From positions 32,001 through 96,000 of the forward strand of contig JANVYQ010000003.1 of assembly GCA_030059675.1 (NCBI GenBank): a stretch of DNA of 64,000 nt, given 5' to 3'. The stretch is from Candidatus Pelearchaeum maunauluense (GTDB lineage: Archaea > Thermoproteota > Nitrososphaeria_A > Caldarchaeales > Caldarchaeaceae). Numbering within the stretch: the stretch's first letter is position 1; every line of letters starts with the position of its first letter. Positions 42,101 through 52,323 of this stretch are shown here, piece by piece. The notes below the pieces were generated by a model. That model saw only the letters and a program-made list of their open reading frames with translations, did not search any database and was not told where the DNA came from. Made by a program: the position numbers and the translations under genes.

Positions 42101-43723
42101 ATGGCGACCCAATGCAACCAACAGCTAAGCCTCCACTGGCTTGAAAAGCTCGTCTTGCTCGCTCTAAACGAGCTTAATAGGCCAGCCATCTACGAAGAGC
42201 TGGCTCAAAAAGCCGTAGAGCTGGTAAATAGAGCCCAGACGGCACTAAGCCGCGAGTCCTTCACAACAACAGCACGGAAGCCATCTGCCATAGCAAAAGC
42301 ATGTGGATGGCTACAACAGAAACAACTGATAGAACAGTATGAACATGGAGAAACTACTAGGATAATATCGCTGGGCAGGGAGGGATTAAGATACGCGTCA
42401 GAGGGTCTGCCAGAGAGGAGGCTGGTTAATTTCCTGATAGAGAGAGGCGGAGAAGCCACGGTGGATGAAGTATCAAGTGCCGTCAACGATTATACGATTG
42501 CCCTAAACTGGGCTAAACGTAACGGCTGGATAGCATTTGATAAGAAAAACTCGGAAACCTATGTGAGGATTGTATCTGAGCCTCCCAGCATGACGGTAGC
42601 AGAAGAGCTGCTCCAACGCTTAATGCTTGAGGACACTATACCCATGGATTCTCTACCCGAAGAGATGAAGAACATAGTTGAGCAAATGATAACTAGGCAG
42701 GATGTAATTCGGATAGTTGAAAAACGGGAACGTAGAGTAGGACTGACGTCAAAAGGGAAAGAACTCGCCTCGCAGCTTGCAGCGGTAAAGCTTGAAGACA
42801 TACTGAGTGAGATAACACAGCTCACGCCTGAGATACTGAAGACGGGAAAATGGAGGCATCTAACCCTAAGCAAATACGACATAACCGCGGCGGTGCCACC
42901 AGTATTCGCAGCTAAACGACATCCACTCGTAGAACTAATACGCTTAGTCAAACAAGTCTATGTGGAGATGGGCTTTGAAGAAATACAAGGCCCAATCGTA
43001 GAGCTTGCCTTTTGGAATTTTGACGCCCTATTCCAGCCGCAAGACCATCCAGCACGCGAGATGCAAGACACTTTCTACGTTGATTTAGAGGAAAAAGGAG
43101 AAATTCCCAGAGAGTATGTGGATGAAGTAAAGAAGGTTCATGAAAACGGTGGAAGAACAGGCTCTAAAGGTTGGCGCTATAATTGGAGTGAAGACGAGGC
43201 GCGGAGGCTCGTGCTAAGAACGCATACAACAGCTACAACAATTAGACATTTGGCAGAAGTTAAAAAACCACCAATAAAAGTCTTCTCTGTAGATAGGATA
43301 TATAGAAATGAGAAAGTAGATTGGAAACACCTAGCGGAATTTCACCAGATAGAAGGTATAGTTATGGAGAAGGGAGCTAACTTCAGGCAGCTTATGGGAA
43401 TAATAAAAGAATTTTATTCTAGGCTGGGGTTGCGCGAGGTTAGGTTTAGGCCCAGCTATTTCCCATACACCGAGCCATCAGCGGAGGTTGAGGTTTTCCT
43501 AGGTGGCAAGTGGCTTGAGCTGGGTGGTATGGGTGTGTTCAGGCCAGAAACCACCGCCCCATTCGGAGTCAAGTATCCAGTTCTGGCATGGGGGCTTGGG
43601 CTTGAAAGACTAGCCATGGCTATCTACGGAGTTGAGGATATAAGAACCTTCAGCAGAAACGACCTCGCATGGCTTAGACGCACCTCACCACTAACCCCAT
43701 ACCGCGTCGCGGGAAGAATCTAA
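42101..43723 (+). CDS. pheS: phenylalanine--tRNA ligase alpha subunit (archaeal type)
   Basis: FWNFDALFQPQDHPAR, LRTHTTA, YRNE, FPYTEPS and AWGLGLERL motifs; the ATG at 42101 is preferred. Confidence 0.97.
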   Translation: MATQCNQQLSLHWLEKLVLLALNELNRPAIYEELAQKAVELVNRAQTALSRESFTTTARKPSAIAKACGWLQQKQLIEQYEHGETTRIISLGREGLRYASEGLPERRLVNFLIERGGEATVDEVSSAVNDYTIALNWAKRNGWIAFDKKNSETYVRIVSEPPSMTVAEELLQRLMLEDTIPMDSLPEEMKNIVEQMITRQDVIRIVEKRERRVGLTSKGKELASQLAAVKLEDILSEITQLTPEILKTGKWRHLTLSKYDITAAVPPVFAAKRHPLVELIRLVKQVYVEMGFEEIQGPIVELAFWNFDALFQPQDHPAREMQDTFYVDLEEKGEIPREYVDEVKKVHENGGRTGSKGWRYNWSEDEARRLVLRTHTTATTIRHLAEVKKPPIKVFSVDRIYRNEKVDWKHLAEFHQIEGIVMEKGANFRQLMGIIKEFYSRLGLREVRFRPSYFPYTEPSAEVEVFLGGKWLELGGMGVFRPETTAPFGVKYPVLAWGLGLERLAMAIYGVEDIRTFSRNDLAWLRRTSPLTPYRVAGRI

Positions 43724-43736
43724 GAAGGGTGATAAG

Positions 43737-45410
43737 ATGCCAGTAGTTAATATAAGGTTAGAGAAGCTTTCAAAACTTATAGGAAAAGAACTAACAGCCG
43801 AAGAAGCAGCACAACATCTAGCAGCAGCGGGCTTGGGAATAGAGGAAACAACAGAAAACGAAATAAAAGTCGAATACAATCCAAACAGGCCTGACTACTC
43901 CAGCATACACGGAATAGCCAGAACACTCAAGGGAATACTCGGGAAACAACGCGGCCTACCACGCTTCAAGCTAAGAAACCCGAAGATAATCGTGAATGTA
44001 GACCCAAGCGTTCAGGGTGTCAGGCCGTATATAGTATGTGGTGTGGTAAGGAATCTGAGCCTAACCGAAGAAGACCTTGAGGAGCTAATAGCGATGCAAG
44101 AAGATCTTCACTGGATTCTGGGAAGAAACCGCAAGAAAGTCGCAATAGGTCTTCATAATCTAGACGTTCTCACACCGCCTTTTGTATATAGGGCTGTAAA
44201 ACCCGAAGAGCTACAATTTATCCCTCTTAAGAGCTCTACGAAAATGACACCTAAACAAATTCTTGAAGAGCATGAGATAGGGAGGAAATATGCGCATTTG
44301 CTAGAGAGTTATGATAGGTATCCCATGATTTTAGATGCCCGTGGAAACGTGCTATCCATGCCTCCAATAATAAACGCAAGCCTCACGGAATTGACCTCTG
44401 GCGTTAGAAATATATTCATAGATGTAACGGGAACCGACTGGGAAAAGATAAACCAAACGCTGAATATACTGATGACTTCTATGATTGATTCTGGCGGCTC
44501 TGGAGAGGCAGTAATAGTAAGGTATCAACGAAAACGTTATCTTACACCATTAATGAAAAACGAATACCTTACGCTGAAAAGCTCGCTGGTAAATGAGCTT
44601 CTAGGATTAAACCTCTCAGATAAAGCAATAATAGACCTCTTACGAATGATGAGGTTTGACGCCACACCTTCTAGAAAGGGTATGCTGAAAATCACAGTCC
44701 CACCATATAGAACTGATATAATGCATCCAGTTGACCTTGTGGAGGAAGTAGCTATAGCTTACGGGTATTCGCGGATGGAGTTGGAGCTCCCTAAGGCTCG
44801 GATTTTCGGCTCTGTGAGGAGAACTACAATTATTCAGGAGATTATTCGCGAGATAATGATAGGGCTTGGTTTCACCGAAGTTCTTAACATCCTACTGACG
44901 AATGAGGACGAGCAGTACAGGATGATGAACGTTAATGAACATCCGCACATACGTGTTCTTAATCCCGCCACGCGAGAATACACCATGATGCGGACATGGC
45001 TAATTCCCTCCCTTCTCCGCAACTTAGCTGACAACCAGCAGCATCTTTATCCACAGCGGCTTTTCGAGATTGGGGACGTAATAGTTCCAGACCCTACGCA
45101 GCCAGAGAAGGCGCGGAGACGCTTATCACTAGCCGCTGTATCGTGTCATGCTGACGCGTCGTTCAGCGAGATGAAAGGAATAGCTGAAGAGCTGTTTAGG
45201 CTGCTGGGTCTCAATATAATCTTCACCCCAACAGCACACACGTCATTCATAGACGGCCGCGTGGCAGAGCTATGCGTTAGAGACAGCCCAATAGGAATAA
45301 TGGGCGAGGTCTCCCCATCTGTTTTAGAGTCATTCGACCTCCCCATGCCCACAACGGCGTTTGAGGTTGATGTGGAGCAGGCCCTACAATACCGACTGGA
45401 GAAGGATTAA
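43737..45410 (+). CDS. pheT: phenylalanine--tRNA ligase beta subunit
   Basis: NRPD, QEDLH..R.KVAIG.H, LSMPPIIN and PPYRTDI.H..DL.EE motifs. Confidence 0.96.
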   Translation: MPVVNIRLEKLSKLIGKELTAEEAAQHLAAAGLGIEETTENEIKVEYNPNRPDYSSIHGIARTLKGILGKQRGLPRFKLRNPKIIVNVDPSVQGVRPYIVCGVVRNLSLTEEDLEELIAMQEDLHWILGRNRKKVAIGLHNLDVLTPPFVYRAVKPEELQFIPLKSSTKMTPKQILEEHEIGRKYAHLLESYDRYPMILDARGNVLSMPPIINASLTELTSGVRNIFIDVTGTDWEKINQTLNILMTSMIDSGGSGEAVIVRYQRKRYLTPLMKNEYLTLKSSLVNELLGLNLSDKAIIDLLRMMRFDATPSRKGMLKITVPPYRTDIMHPVDLVEEVAIAYGYSRMELELPKARIFGSVRRTTIIQEIIREIMIGLGFTEVLNILLTNEDEQYRMMNVNEHPHIRVLNPATREYTMMRTWLIPSLLRNLADNQQHLYPQRLFEIGDVIVPDPTQPEKARRRLSLAAVSCHADASFSEMKGIAEELFRLLGLNIIFTPTAHTSFIDGRVAELCVRDSPIGIMGEVSPSVLESFDLPMPTTAFEVDVEQALQYRLEKD

Positions 45411-45436
45411 GAATAACTAGTGAAGTAGATATAGCT

Positions 45437-45516
45437 GCCCCGCTACCCGCCTTAAGCTCCACCGAGACACGGTGCACCACCCGTCAATGAGGGTGGAGTG
45501 TTGGTGGCGGGGCACA
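45437..45516 (+). ncRNA. putative archaeal H/ACA pseudouridylation guide RNA
   Basis: Basal stem GCCCCGCTACC/GGTGGCGGGGC followed directly by ACA; internal pocket; upper stem CTCCACC/GGTGGAG; K-turn (GA-GAC...GTC-AAT-GA); pocket top 15 nt from ACA. Confidence 0.72.
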
Positions 45517-45585
45517 TACCAACTCTCACGTTGGAAAAGTTAAAAATTGTTCCTCATGCGCAATTTAGGTAAAAGGTGCTTATGG

Positions 45586-46680
45586 ATGGACATAGAAACA
45601 AGGATGGAGCTGATACTTAGAGAACCGACGGAGGAGGTCATAACCGTTGAAGAGCTACGCCAACTTCTGGAGACCGAATCACATCCCGTAGCTTATGACG
45701 GGTTTGAGCCTAGCGGGCTGGCCCACATCCCCTTCGGCATACTTAGAGCAATAAAGCTCCGCGACATAATCGAGGCAGGCTGCAGATTTAAGCTCCTCCT
45801 AGCAGATTGGCACGCCATGATAAACAACAAAATGGGCGGTGATTTGCAGAAGATTAGACGCGTGGGGGAATATTTTATAGAGGTGTGGAAGGCGTCTGGA
45901 ATAGATGTCGCTAAAGTCGAGATTGTGTGGGCGAACGATTTGGCCAGCGACCCAGATTATTGGTGGCTTGTAATACAGGTGGCCCGAAACTCAACGCTGA
46001 AGAGAATCCTAAGATGCTTGCCAATAATGGGGCGGCGCGAGGGAGAGCTACAGGAGGCGGCGCAGATAATATACCCAGCAATGCAGGTAGCGGATATCTT
46101 CAAACTAGAGGCAAAGATATGCCAGCTAGGGCTAGACCAGAGGAGGGCAAACATACTCGCGCGAGAGCTGGGGCCGAAGCTGGGATATTGGAAGCCCGTA
46201 GCAGTGCATCACCACATGCTGATGGGGCTCTCAGGCCCTATCACTCCTGCTGGTCTTGAAGATGAGAGCGAGGAGCTTGATGTGGAGATTAGCTCGAAGA
46301 TGAGTAAGAGCAAGCCCGAAACAAGCATCTTCGTCCATGACGACCTAGAGACTATAAGGAGCAAGCTCATGTCGGCATATTGTCCGCCAAAGCAGACCGC
46401 GGGAAACCCAGTATTGGAGTACTGCAAGTATGTCATATTCAGGATGAATAGAGAGCTTGACGTTGATAGGCCAGCGAAATACGGCGGGCCGGTACAATAT
46501 AGTAGCTATAAAGAACTTGAGCGGGACTATATGGAAGGCCGATTACATCCCCTAGACCTTAAGAATGCTGTGGCGGAGGCGCTTTATAAGATACTCGAAC
46601 CAATACGGGAGCACTTTAAAAAAGACCCAAGGGCACGAGAGCTGTATGAGTTTGTCAAATCCCAGGAAATAACTAGATGA
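45586..46680 (+). CDS. tyrS: tyrosine--tRNA ligase
   Basis: YDGFEPSG..HI, YPAMQVAD, GLDQR and KMSKS motifs. Confidence 0.96.
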   Translation: MDIETRMELILREPTEEVITVEELRQLLETESHPVAYDGFEPSGLAHIPFGILRAIKLRDIIEAGCRFKLLLADWHAMINNKMGGDLQKIRRVGEYFIEVWKASGIDVAKVEIVWANDLASDPDYWWLVIQVARNSTLKRILRCLPIMGRREGELQEAAQIIYPAMQVADIFKLEAKICQLGLDQRRANILARELGPKLGYWKPVAVHHHMLMGLSGPITPAGLEDESEELDVEISSKMSKSKPETSIFVHDDLETIRSKLMSAYCPPKQTAGNPVLEYCKYVIFRMNRELDVDRPAKYGGPVQYSSYKELERDYMEGRLHPLDLKNAVAEALYKILEPIREHFKKDPRARELYEFVKSQEITR

Positions 46681-46866
46681 AGCTTTCCAATGGCCGAGGG
46701 GTTTAAAATACATCCAACTAAAGTGATAAAGTATGCGCCTTTACCTAAGCTAATCACCACACAGTGATAACAAAACAATAATTAACCCCGAATAGATTTA
46801 ATAGTTGTAGGGTAGGGGTAGTGTTTCTTTTGGAGTCAAAACATCTAGAACGAGTGGAACAGAATC

Positions 46867-49506
46867 ATGAACCAGGTAGTTGAAATTCCTAGGAAAGTAA
46901 TTAAGAGAGACGGCCGCGTGGTCGACTTTGACCAGAGCCGTATACGCGAAGCTGTAAGGAAGGCCATGCTTTCCGTGGGCGAGGTTGACGAACAGAAGCT
47001 AGCCGAGGTAGTGAATTACGTGCTTAGGGTTTTGGCGGAAAAATATGGTACGGCCAAGATGCCTCATGTGGAGGATATACAGGATATAGTCGAGCTAGCC
47101 TTAACCAAGTTTGACCTCTATGAAGTAGCTAAGGCGTACATCCTCTACCGTAAGGAGCGAGAGCGAATACGTGAAGAGAAGAAGCGTATTCTGGAGCGCG
47201 ACTATGTGGATGAGGTGGATAAGAAGTTCTCGATTAATGCCATCCGCTTAATGGCTTCACGTTATTTACTCCGCGACAACACGGGAAGGCTGATTGAAGG
47301 GCCTAAGCAGCTTTTCCAAAGGGTAGCGGCGCTCATAGTAATCCCAGACATACTTTACGACTCGCGTATATTTGATAAGGATGGAAAGCAGCCCAGATGG
47401 GAGCTTGATAACTTCAACCCAGTGGAGTATGAAGGTAAGCTGGGGCTTGGAAGAACAGAAGACGGCTCTTATGAGGTTACGTGGAATAAGCATCATCTTG
47501 AACGTATGAGAAGCCTTTACGAATATCTAAACGACCAGGGGAAGATGCGCGTATCGTGGAGTCAGTTTATAGAAAAGCTAAAGAATGGAGAGTTTGAGGA
47601 ATATTATAAGAATTATAGGGAATATTACGAGCTAATGGTTGATAAGAAGTTCATGCCCAACAGCCCCACGCTCTTTAACGCGGGGGCTAGATTAGGGCAG
47701 TTGAGCGCCTGTTTCGTACTGCCTGTTGAGGATGATATGGAGAGTATTATGAAGTCTGCCCGCGACGCTGCCATGATATTCAAATCAGGAGGAGGAATCG
47801 GAATAAACTATTCTCCACTCAGGCCTGAGGGAGACACCGTTTTTTCAACATTTGGAGTAGCATCAGGTCCCGTGTCTTTCATGCGCATAATAGACGTAGT
47901 AACAGACGTTGTAAAACAAGGCGGGAAAAGACGCGGCGCCAACATGGGAATACTAGAGATATGGCACCCAGATATAGAGAAGTTCGTAACCGCGAAATCT
48001 AAGGAAGGCTTTCTAGAGAACTTTAACATCTCAGTCCTCATAACACCAGATTTCTGGAGCTACTATCATGCGAATAAGCCATATCCGTTGATAAACCCGC
48101 GTGATAAGAGCGTATGGCGAACTATAGACCCGAAACACTTGTTCAGGGAAATCGCAGACATGGCTTGGAAGACGGCAGACCCAGGGGTATTATTCTTAGA
48201 CAACATAAACCGCAGGAACCCGCTGAAGAAGATATACGGCGATATACGCTCCACCAACCCCTGCGGCGAACAGCCTTTATACCCATACGAGTCGTGCAAC
48301 CTAGGCTCAATCAACCTATATGCATTTGCTAAAAACGATGGCGGGAAGCTCTTTATTGATTGGAGCGAGTTAGAGAAGGCTGTAAAAATCGCCCTACGCT
48401 TTCTCGATAATGTGATTGATGTGAATAATTATCCAATACGCGAGATTGGGGAGATGACAAAGAAAACACGAAGAGTTGGCCTGGGAATAATGGGGTTGGC
48501 TGATTTGCTCTATGCCCTACGAATACCCTATAACAGTGAAGAAGGCTTTGCGTTGATGAGCAAACTCATGGAGTTCATATCCTATCACGCTATTAAGTCT
48601 TCTGTAGAGCTTGCTAAGGAGCGTGGTTCTTTCCCCGACTATCATAAATCAGCGTATGCAGAGGGCAAGCTACCCATAGAGGGCTACTATCATCGTGAGT
48701 GGTGGACCATGGATTGGGATTCTCTGGCCGAGGACATACGGCGATACGGCATACGTAACTCTCACACAACAACCGTAGCGCCTACAGGAAGCATATCCAT
48801 GCTGGTTGATGTTTCATCAGGGCTGGAGCCCCAGTTCGCCATAGTATTTGAGAAACGGGTTAGCGTAGGAACGTTCTACTACACCGACCTAGAGTTTGAG
48901 CGTCAGATGAAGGAATTAGGTCTCTACAAAGAGACCTTACTAAAGAAGATATCAGATAATGGCGGCTCTCTTCAGGGTATTGAAGAAATACCAGAAGAGC
49001 TAAGGAGAGTATTCCTAGTTGCGTATGATGTGCCATGGTGGGACCATATACGTGCTCAGTATGAGATACAGAAGTGGGTAGACGCGTCCGTGAGTAAGAC
49101 GATAAACATGCCGAGCTGGGTTACTGTTGATGATGTTATGAAAGCATACTTATTCGCCTACAACCTAGGCCTTAAGGGCATCACAATATACCGCGACTCA
49201 TCCAAAAGTGCGCAAGTGCTTGTAACACCTTCGCAGAGACTCAGCCGTTACATAGCAGTAACGCCGAATAAAACTCTGCAGATGATGGAGAAGCTTGGAG
49301 TAAAACCCTCTATCGGTACCGAAGACTTACAGCAGGAAGCCGCTCAGAAAAAACAGATATCACTAGTCACGTCTGTTGAGGGTCCGAGTGTCTCTGAAGA
49401 TAGACAAGATGAAGCTTGTCCATCTTGCGATAGTACAAACTTAGTATATCAGGAAGGTTGTATTAAATGTCTTGATTGTGGATGGTCAAGCTGTGTAGTG
49501 GCTTAG
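46867..49506 (+). CDS. nrdJ: class II (adenosylcobalamin-dependent) ribonucleotide reductase with ATP-cone
   Basis: VIKRDG ATP-cone; PNSPTLFN, LSACF, TNPCGEQPL..YESCNLGS and APTG motifs; C-terminal Zn ribbon. Confidence 0.95.
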   Translation: MNQVVEIPRKVIKRDGRVVDFDQSRIREAVRKAMLSVGEVDEQKLAEVVNYVLRVLAEKYGTAKMPHVEDIQDIVELALTKFDLYEVAKAYILYRKERERIREEKKRILERDYVDEVDKKFSINAIRLMASRYLLRDNTGRLIEGPKQLFQRVAALIVIPDILYDSRIFDKDGKQPRWELDNFNPVEYEGKLGLGRTEDGSYEVTWNKHHLERMRSLYEYLNDQGKMRVSWSQFIEKLKNGEFEEYYKNYREYYELMVDKKFMPNSPTLFNAGARLGQLSACFVLPVEDDMESIMKSARDAAMIFKSGGGIGINYSPLRPEGDTVFSTFGVASGPVSFMRIIDVVTDVVKQGGKRRGANMGILEIWHPDIEKFVTAKSKEGFLENFNISVLITPDFWSYYHANKPYPLINPRDKSVWRTIDPKHLFREIADMAWKTADPGVLFLDNINRRNPLKKIYGDIRSTNPCGEQPLYPYESCNLGSINLYAFAKNDGGKLFIDWSELEKAVKIALRFLDNVIDVNNYPIREIGEMTKKTRRVGLGIMGLADLLYALRIPYNSEEGFALMSKLMEFISYHAIKSSVELAKERGSFPDYHKSAYAEGKLPIEGYYHREWWTMDWDSLAEDIRRYGIRNSHTTTVAPTGSISMLVDVSSGLEPQFAIVFEKRVSVGTFYYTDLEFERQMKELGLYKETLLKKISDNGGSLQGIEEIPEELRRVFLVAYDVPWWDHIRAQYEIQKWVDASVSKTINMPSWVTVDDVMKAYLFAYNLGLKGITIYRDSSKSAQVLVTPSQRLSRYIAVTPNKTLQMMEKLGVKPSIGTEDLQQEAAQKKQISLVTSVEGPSVSEDRQDEACPSCDSTNLVYQEGCIKCLDCGWSSCVVA

Positions 49507-49617
49507 AATAGGAAATACCGCTAAATCATATTTTAGGTTTTTGAATTTAATCCAGCTTCTCAAGGATTAATAATTAGCTTGCTTCTCTGGCCGACGACTA
49601 GTGGGCGGTGAAGCTGT

Positions 49618-51090
49618 ATGTCATTTGACTTTACACCCACGCTAAACACATTGATAATACTAACTGTAATATCGCCCTTGTTCTCCTATGCTTCACGTAG
49701 GACGGGAGTCAGGCTGCTTGCCGATGCATACGCTATAATGGCGTTTGCGGCAAGCCTCATAATAGCTCTCACACAGTTCTCAGAAGTAGCTACTAACGGG
49801 CCTATAATTAGAGTAGCTGGGGAAGATCCCCTAACATCTACGGTAATTTACGTGGACCAACTCGCCATGTATGTTGCGGGAATTTTCATATTCATAGGCC
49901 TGCTGGCTGCGATTTTCTCGGTTGGATATATTGAGGAGAGGAAGCCGGAGTATTATCCGCTTCTTCTCACCATGGTTACGGGAATGGTTGGGGTGGCGTT
50001 TGCAGGCGACCTCTTTCTACTCTTCATCTTCTGGGAGATGATGTCAATCTCGTCATACTTGCTTGTGGCTTTCAGGTATAGAAACTGGGAGGCCGTAGAA
50101 GCTTCCTTCAAATATCTAATCATTAGTGCTGCTGGCGCGGCGGCTATACTGTTTGCTATGTCCTTCCTCTATGGAATGGTGGGTACGCTTAATATAGCTA
50201 TACTCGCAGAGACCCTAGCTACTGGCGTTGCCGCTGGCGAGTTCTGGAGCTACGTCATCATAGCTCTGCTAGTGGCAGGGTTCGGCGTCAACGCGGCCAT
50301 GTTCCCATTCCATTCATGGCTTCCAGACGCGCACCCAGCAGCCCCAAGCCCCATAAGCGCTATGCTGTCGGGAGTTGTCATAAAAACGGGAATATACGCG
50401 CTATTCAGAATCATGACCTTCGTATTCCCAGCAACGCTGTTCGACTGGAGTATAGTTCTCGCCATCTTCGCCGTACTAACCATGACCGTGGGAAACCTTA
50501 TGGCATTATTGCAAGAGGACATTAAGCGCCTCCTAGCGTTTAGCTCAATAGCCCACATAGGGTATATACTGCTTGCCCTATCGATATTCAGCGTAGGCGG
50601 CCTAGCTGGGGGGCTCCTTCATATATTAAACCACGCCAGCATGAAGGCGCTTCTCTTCCTTGCCGCGGGAGCTTTTATCCACGCCACTGCCACGCGAAAC
50701 ATAGACGAGCTAGCTGGAATCGGTAGGACGATGCCCATCTCAGCGGTGGCGTTCACGATAGGAGCATTCTCGCTAGCTGGAATACCAGGTCTAAACACAT
50801 TTTGGAGCGAAGCCCAGATAATAATAGCTGGAATAGAAGCAGGCTTTACAGTATTCGTTGTGATAATGATAATTAACATATTGATAAGCGTAGCCTACTA
50901 CCTACGGCTTGTTCAGACAATCTTCTTTAAGCCACCGTCGGAGAAAGCTATGAAGGCTCACGATGGAAGCGTCAGCATGATAACGCCATTGATACTCCTT
51001 TCAATACTCGCGATAGTAATCGGAGTTTATCCAGCACCATTCTTTAAAACGGTTTTCAACATAGCCCGAATACTCATAGCCAGCCCTTAA
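49618..51090 (+). CDS. proton-conducting membrane subunit (MrpD/NuoN/HyfB family), stand-alone
   Basis: DLF..FIFWE, EAS.KY, PFHSWLPDAHPAAPSPISAMLSG..K, KRLLAFSS and NHASMKA motifs. Confidence 0.88.
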   Translation: MSFDFTPTLNTLIILTVISPLFSYASRRTGVRLLADAYAIMAFAASLIIALTQFSEVATNGPIIRVAGEDPLTSTVIYVDQLAMYVAGIFIFIGLLAAIFSVGYIEERKPEYYPLLLTMVTGMVGVAFAGDLFLLFIFWEMMSISSYLLVAFRYRNWEAVEASFKYLIISAAGAAAILFAMSFLYGMVGTLNIAILAETLATGVAAGEFWSYVIIALLVAGFGVNAAMFPFHSWLPDAHPAAPSPISAMLSGVVIKTGIYALFRIMTFVFPATLFDWSIVLAIFAVLTMTVGNLMALLQEDIKRLLAFSSIAHIGYILLALSIFSVGGLAGGLLHILNHASMKALLFLAAGAFIHATATRNIDELAGIGRTMPISAVAFTIGAFSLAGIPGLNTFWSEAQIIIAGIEAGFTVFVVIMIINILISVAYYLRLVQTIFFKPPSEKAMKAHDGSVSMITPLILLSILAIVIGVYPAPFFKTVFNIARILIASP

Positions 51091-51152
51091 AATTATCCCT
51101 CTCACGTTTTTAAGATACTTCCACCTTACATACAATAGACAGGTGACGCATA

Positions 51153-52277
51153 TTGCCGCGGCAAACAAAGAAGAAGGAACAGGAAGACGGGAAAAAACAA
51201 TACTCGGTACTAAAGGTACGTGAAGAAATAGTTGGAAAGCTCAAGAAATTGGGAGAACGTGTGCTCTCGTATCTGGAGCGTGGCGAGTTCCCAGAGATAG
51301 AGCTCCCCTCACGAACCACAACAAACATAGAATACAATAGCGAATTAAGACAATACGTGCTCGGCTCAAAGACGGTAACGCGCACTACACGCAATATAAA
51401 GCATCTAAGACCATTTACACAGCTTATGTGGATGGCTATGTTCGCAAAGCAGCTTGTTGAAACGAGGAAAACCAGCACACTTAGGGATGCGTTTTATAAC
51501 GCTATAGGTTTCGGAATAGATTTTGAAGACCAGCAGGAAAGCGATGAAACGGTAACTGAGTTGGAGACGTTGGTAGGAACTGTGCGGGAGGACTTTAACA
51601 TATATCCCGAAGAACGTTCAAGCGTATTTGGGAGGCTAGTTATAGAATATACCGTCCCAGGATATGAGGGTAGGCGCCTTGACCTAACTACAATACCTGA
51701 CGGCGCTATGATTGGGCCCGCTATGACTACTGCAGAATTTGTTAGATGCGATGCTGAGCAGGTATTTGTTGTTGAGAAGGGCGCTGTCTATCAGAGATTT
51801 TTAGAAGAGAACGTAAGCGATAGACATAAGGCTATAATAATTCATACGGCTGGTCAGGCTCCCAGGGCTACGCGCAGGTTCGTCAGAAGACTTAACCAGG
51901 AGCTCAACCTTCCCGTCTATATCTTCACCGACGGAGACCCATGGGGTATGCATATTGCGAGTGTGTTGATTTACGGCTCGGCGTTGGCGGCTCACGTGAG
52001 GGAGCTCAACGTGCCAGACGCTATATGGGCAGGCCTATGGGCAAGCGACATCAGCAAATACAAACTACCAGCTATGCGGTTTAATGACGAAGACGCGAGG
52101 AGAATAGTCGAGTTGGAGCGCGACCCGCGATACGTCTCCGACCCGTGGAAGAGGGAGATAGCTGTCTTCAAGAAGATCCAAAGGAAGGCGGAGCTTGAGG
52201 CCTTGAGCCGCTATGGACTGGAATACATAGTCACAGATTACCTGCCAGAAAAGCTGGCCGAGGTGACAAAAAGATAA
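51153..52277 (+). CDS. top6A: DNA topoisomerase VI subunit A (Spo11 homolog)
   Basis: STLRDAFY (catalytic Tyr), TOPRIM VVEK and FTDGDPWG, and KAELEAL motifs. Confidence 0.93.
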   Translation: MPRQTKKKEQEDGKKQYSVLKVREEIVGKLKKLGERVLSYLERGEFPEIELPSRTTTNIEYNSELRQYVLGSKTVTRTTRNIKHLRPFTQLMWMAMFAKQLVETRKTSTLRDAFYNAIGFGIDFEDQQESDETVTELETLVGTVREDFNIYPEERSSVFGRLVIEYTVPGYEGRRLDLTTIPDGAMIGPAMTTAEFVRCDAEQVFVVEKGAVYQRFLEENVSDRHKAIIIHTAGQAPRATRRFVRRLNQELNLPVYIFTDGDPWGMHIASVLIYGSALAAHVRELNVPDAIWAGLWASDISKYKLPAMRFNDEDARRIVELERDPRYVSDPWKREIAVFKKIQRKAELEALSRYGLEYIVTDYLPEKLAEVTKR

Positions 52278-52323
52278 CTGTAAGCATCAGGAAGATACAT
52301 ATACAGAGAGGGCGGGCTCTTAA

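Noticed and set aside
45437-45516. GC-rich element as a tRNA (Sec/Pyl) or simple terminator
   Set aside because: No T-loop or anticodon cloverleaf and no U-tract; the K-turn plus ACA geometry fits H/ACA better.
47340-47640. Insertion in NrdJ as an intein
   Set aside because: No Cys/Ser start, HN-C end or LAGLIDADG motifs; it looks like an ordinary lineage-specific insert.
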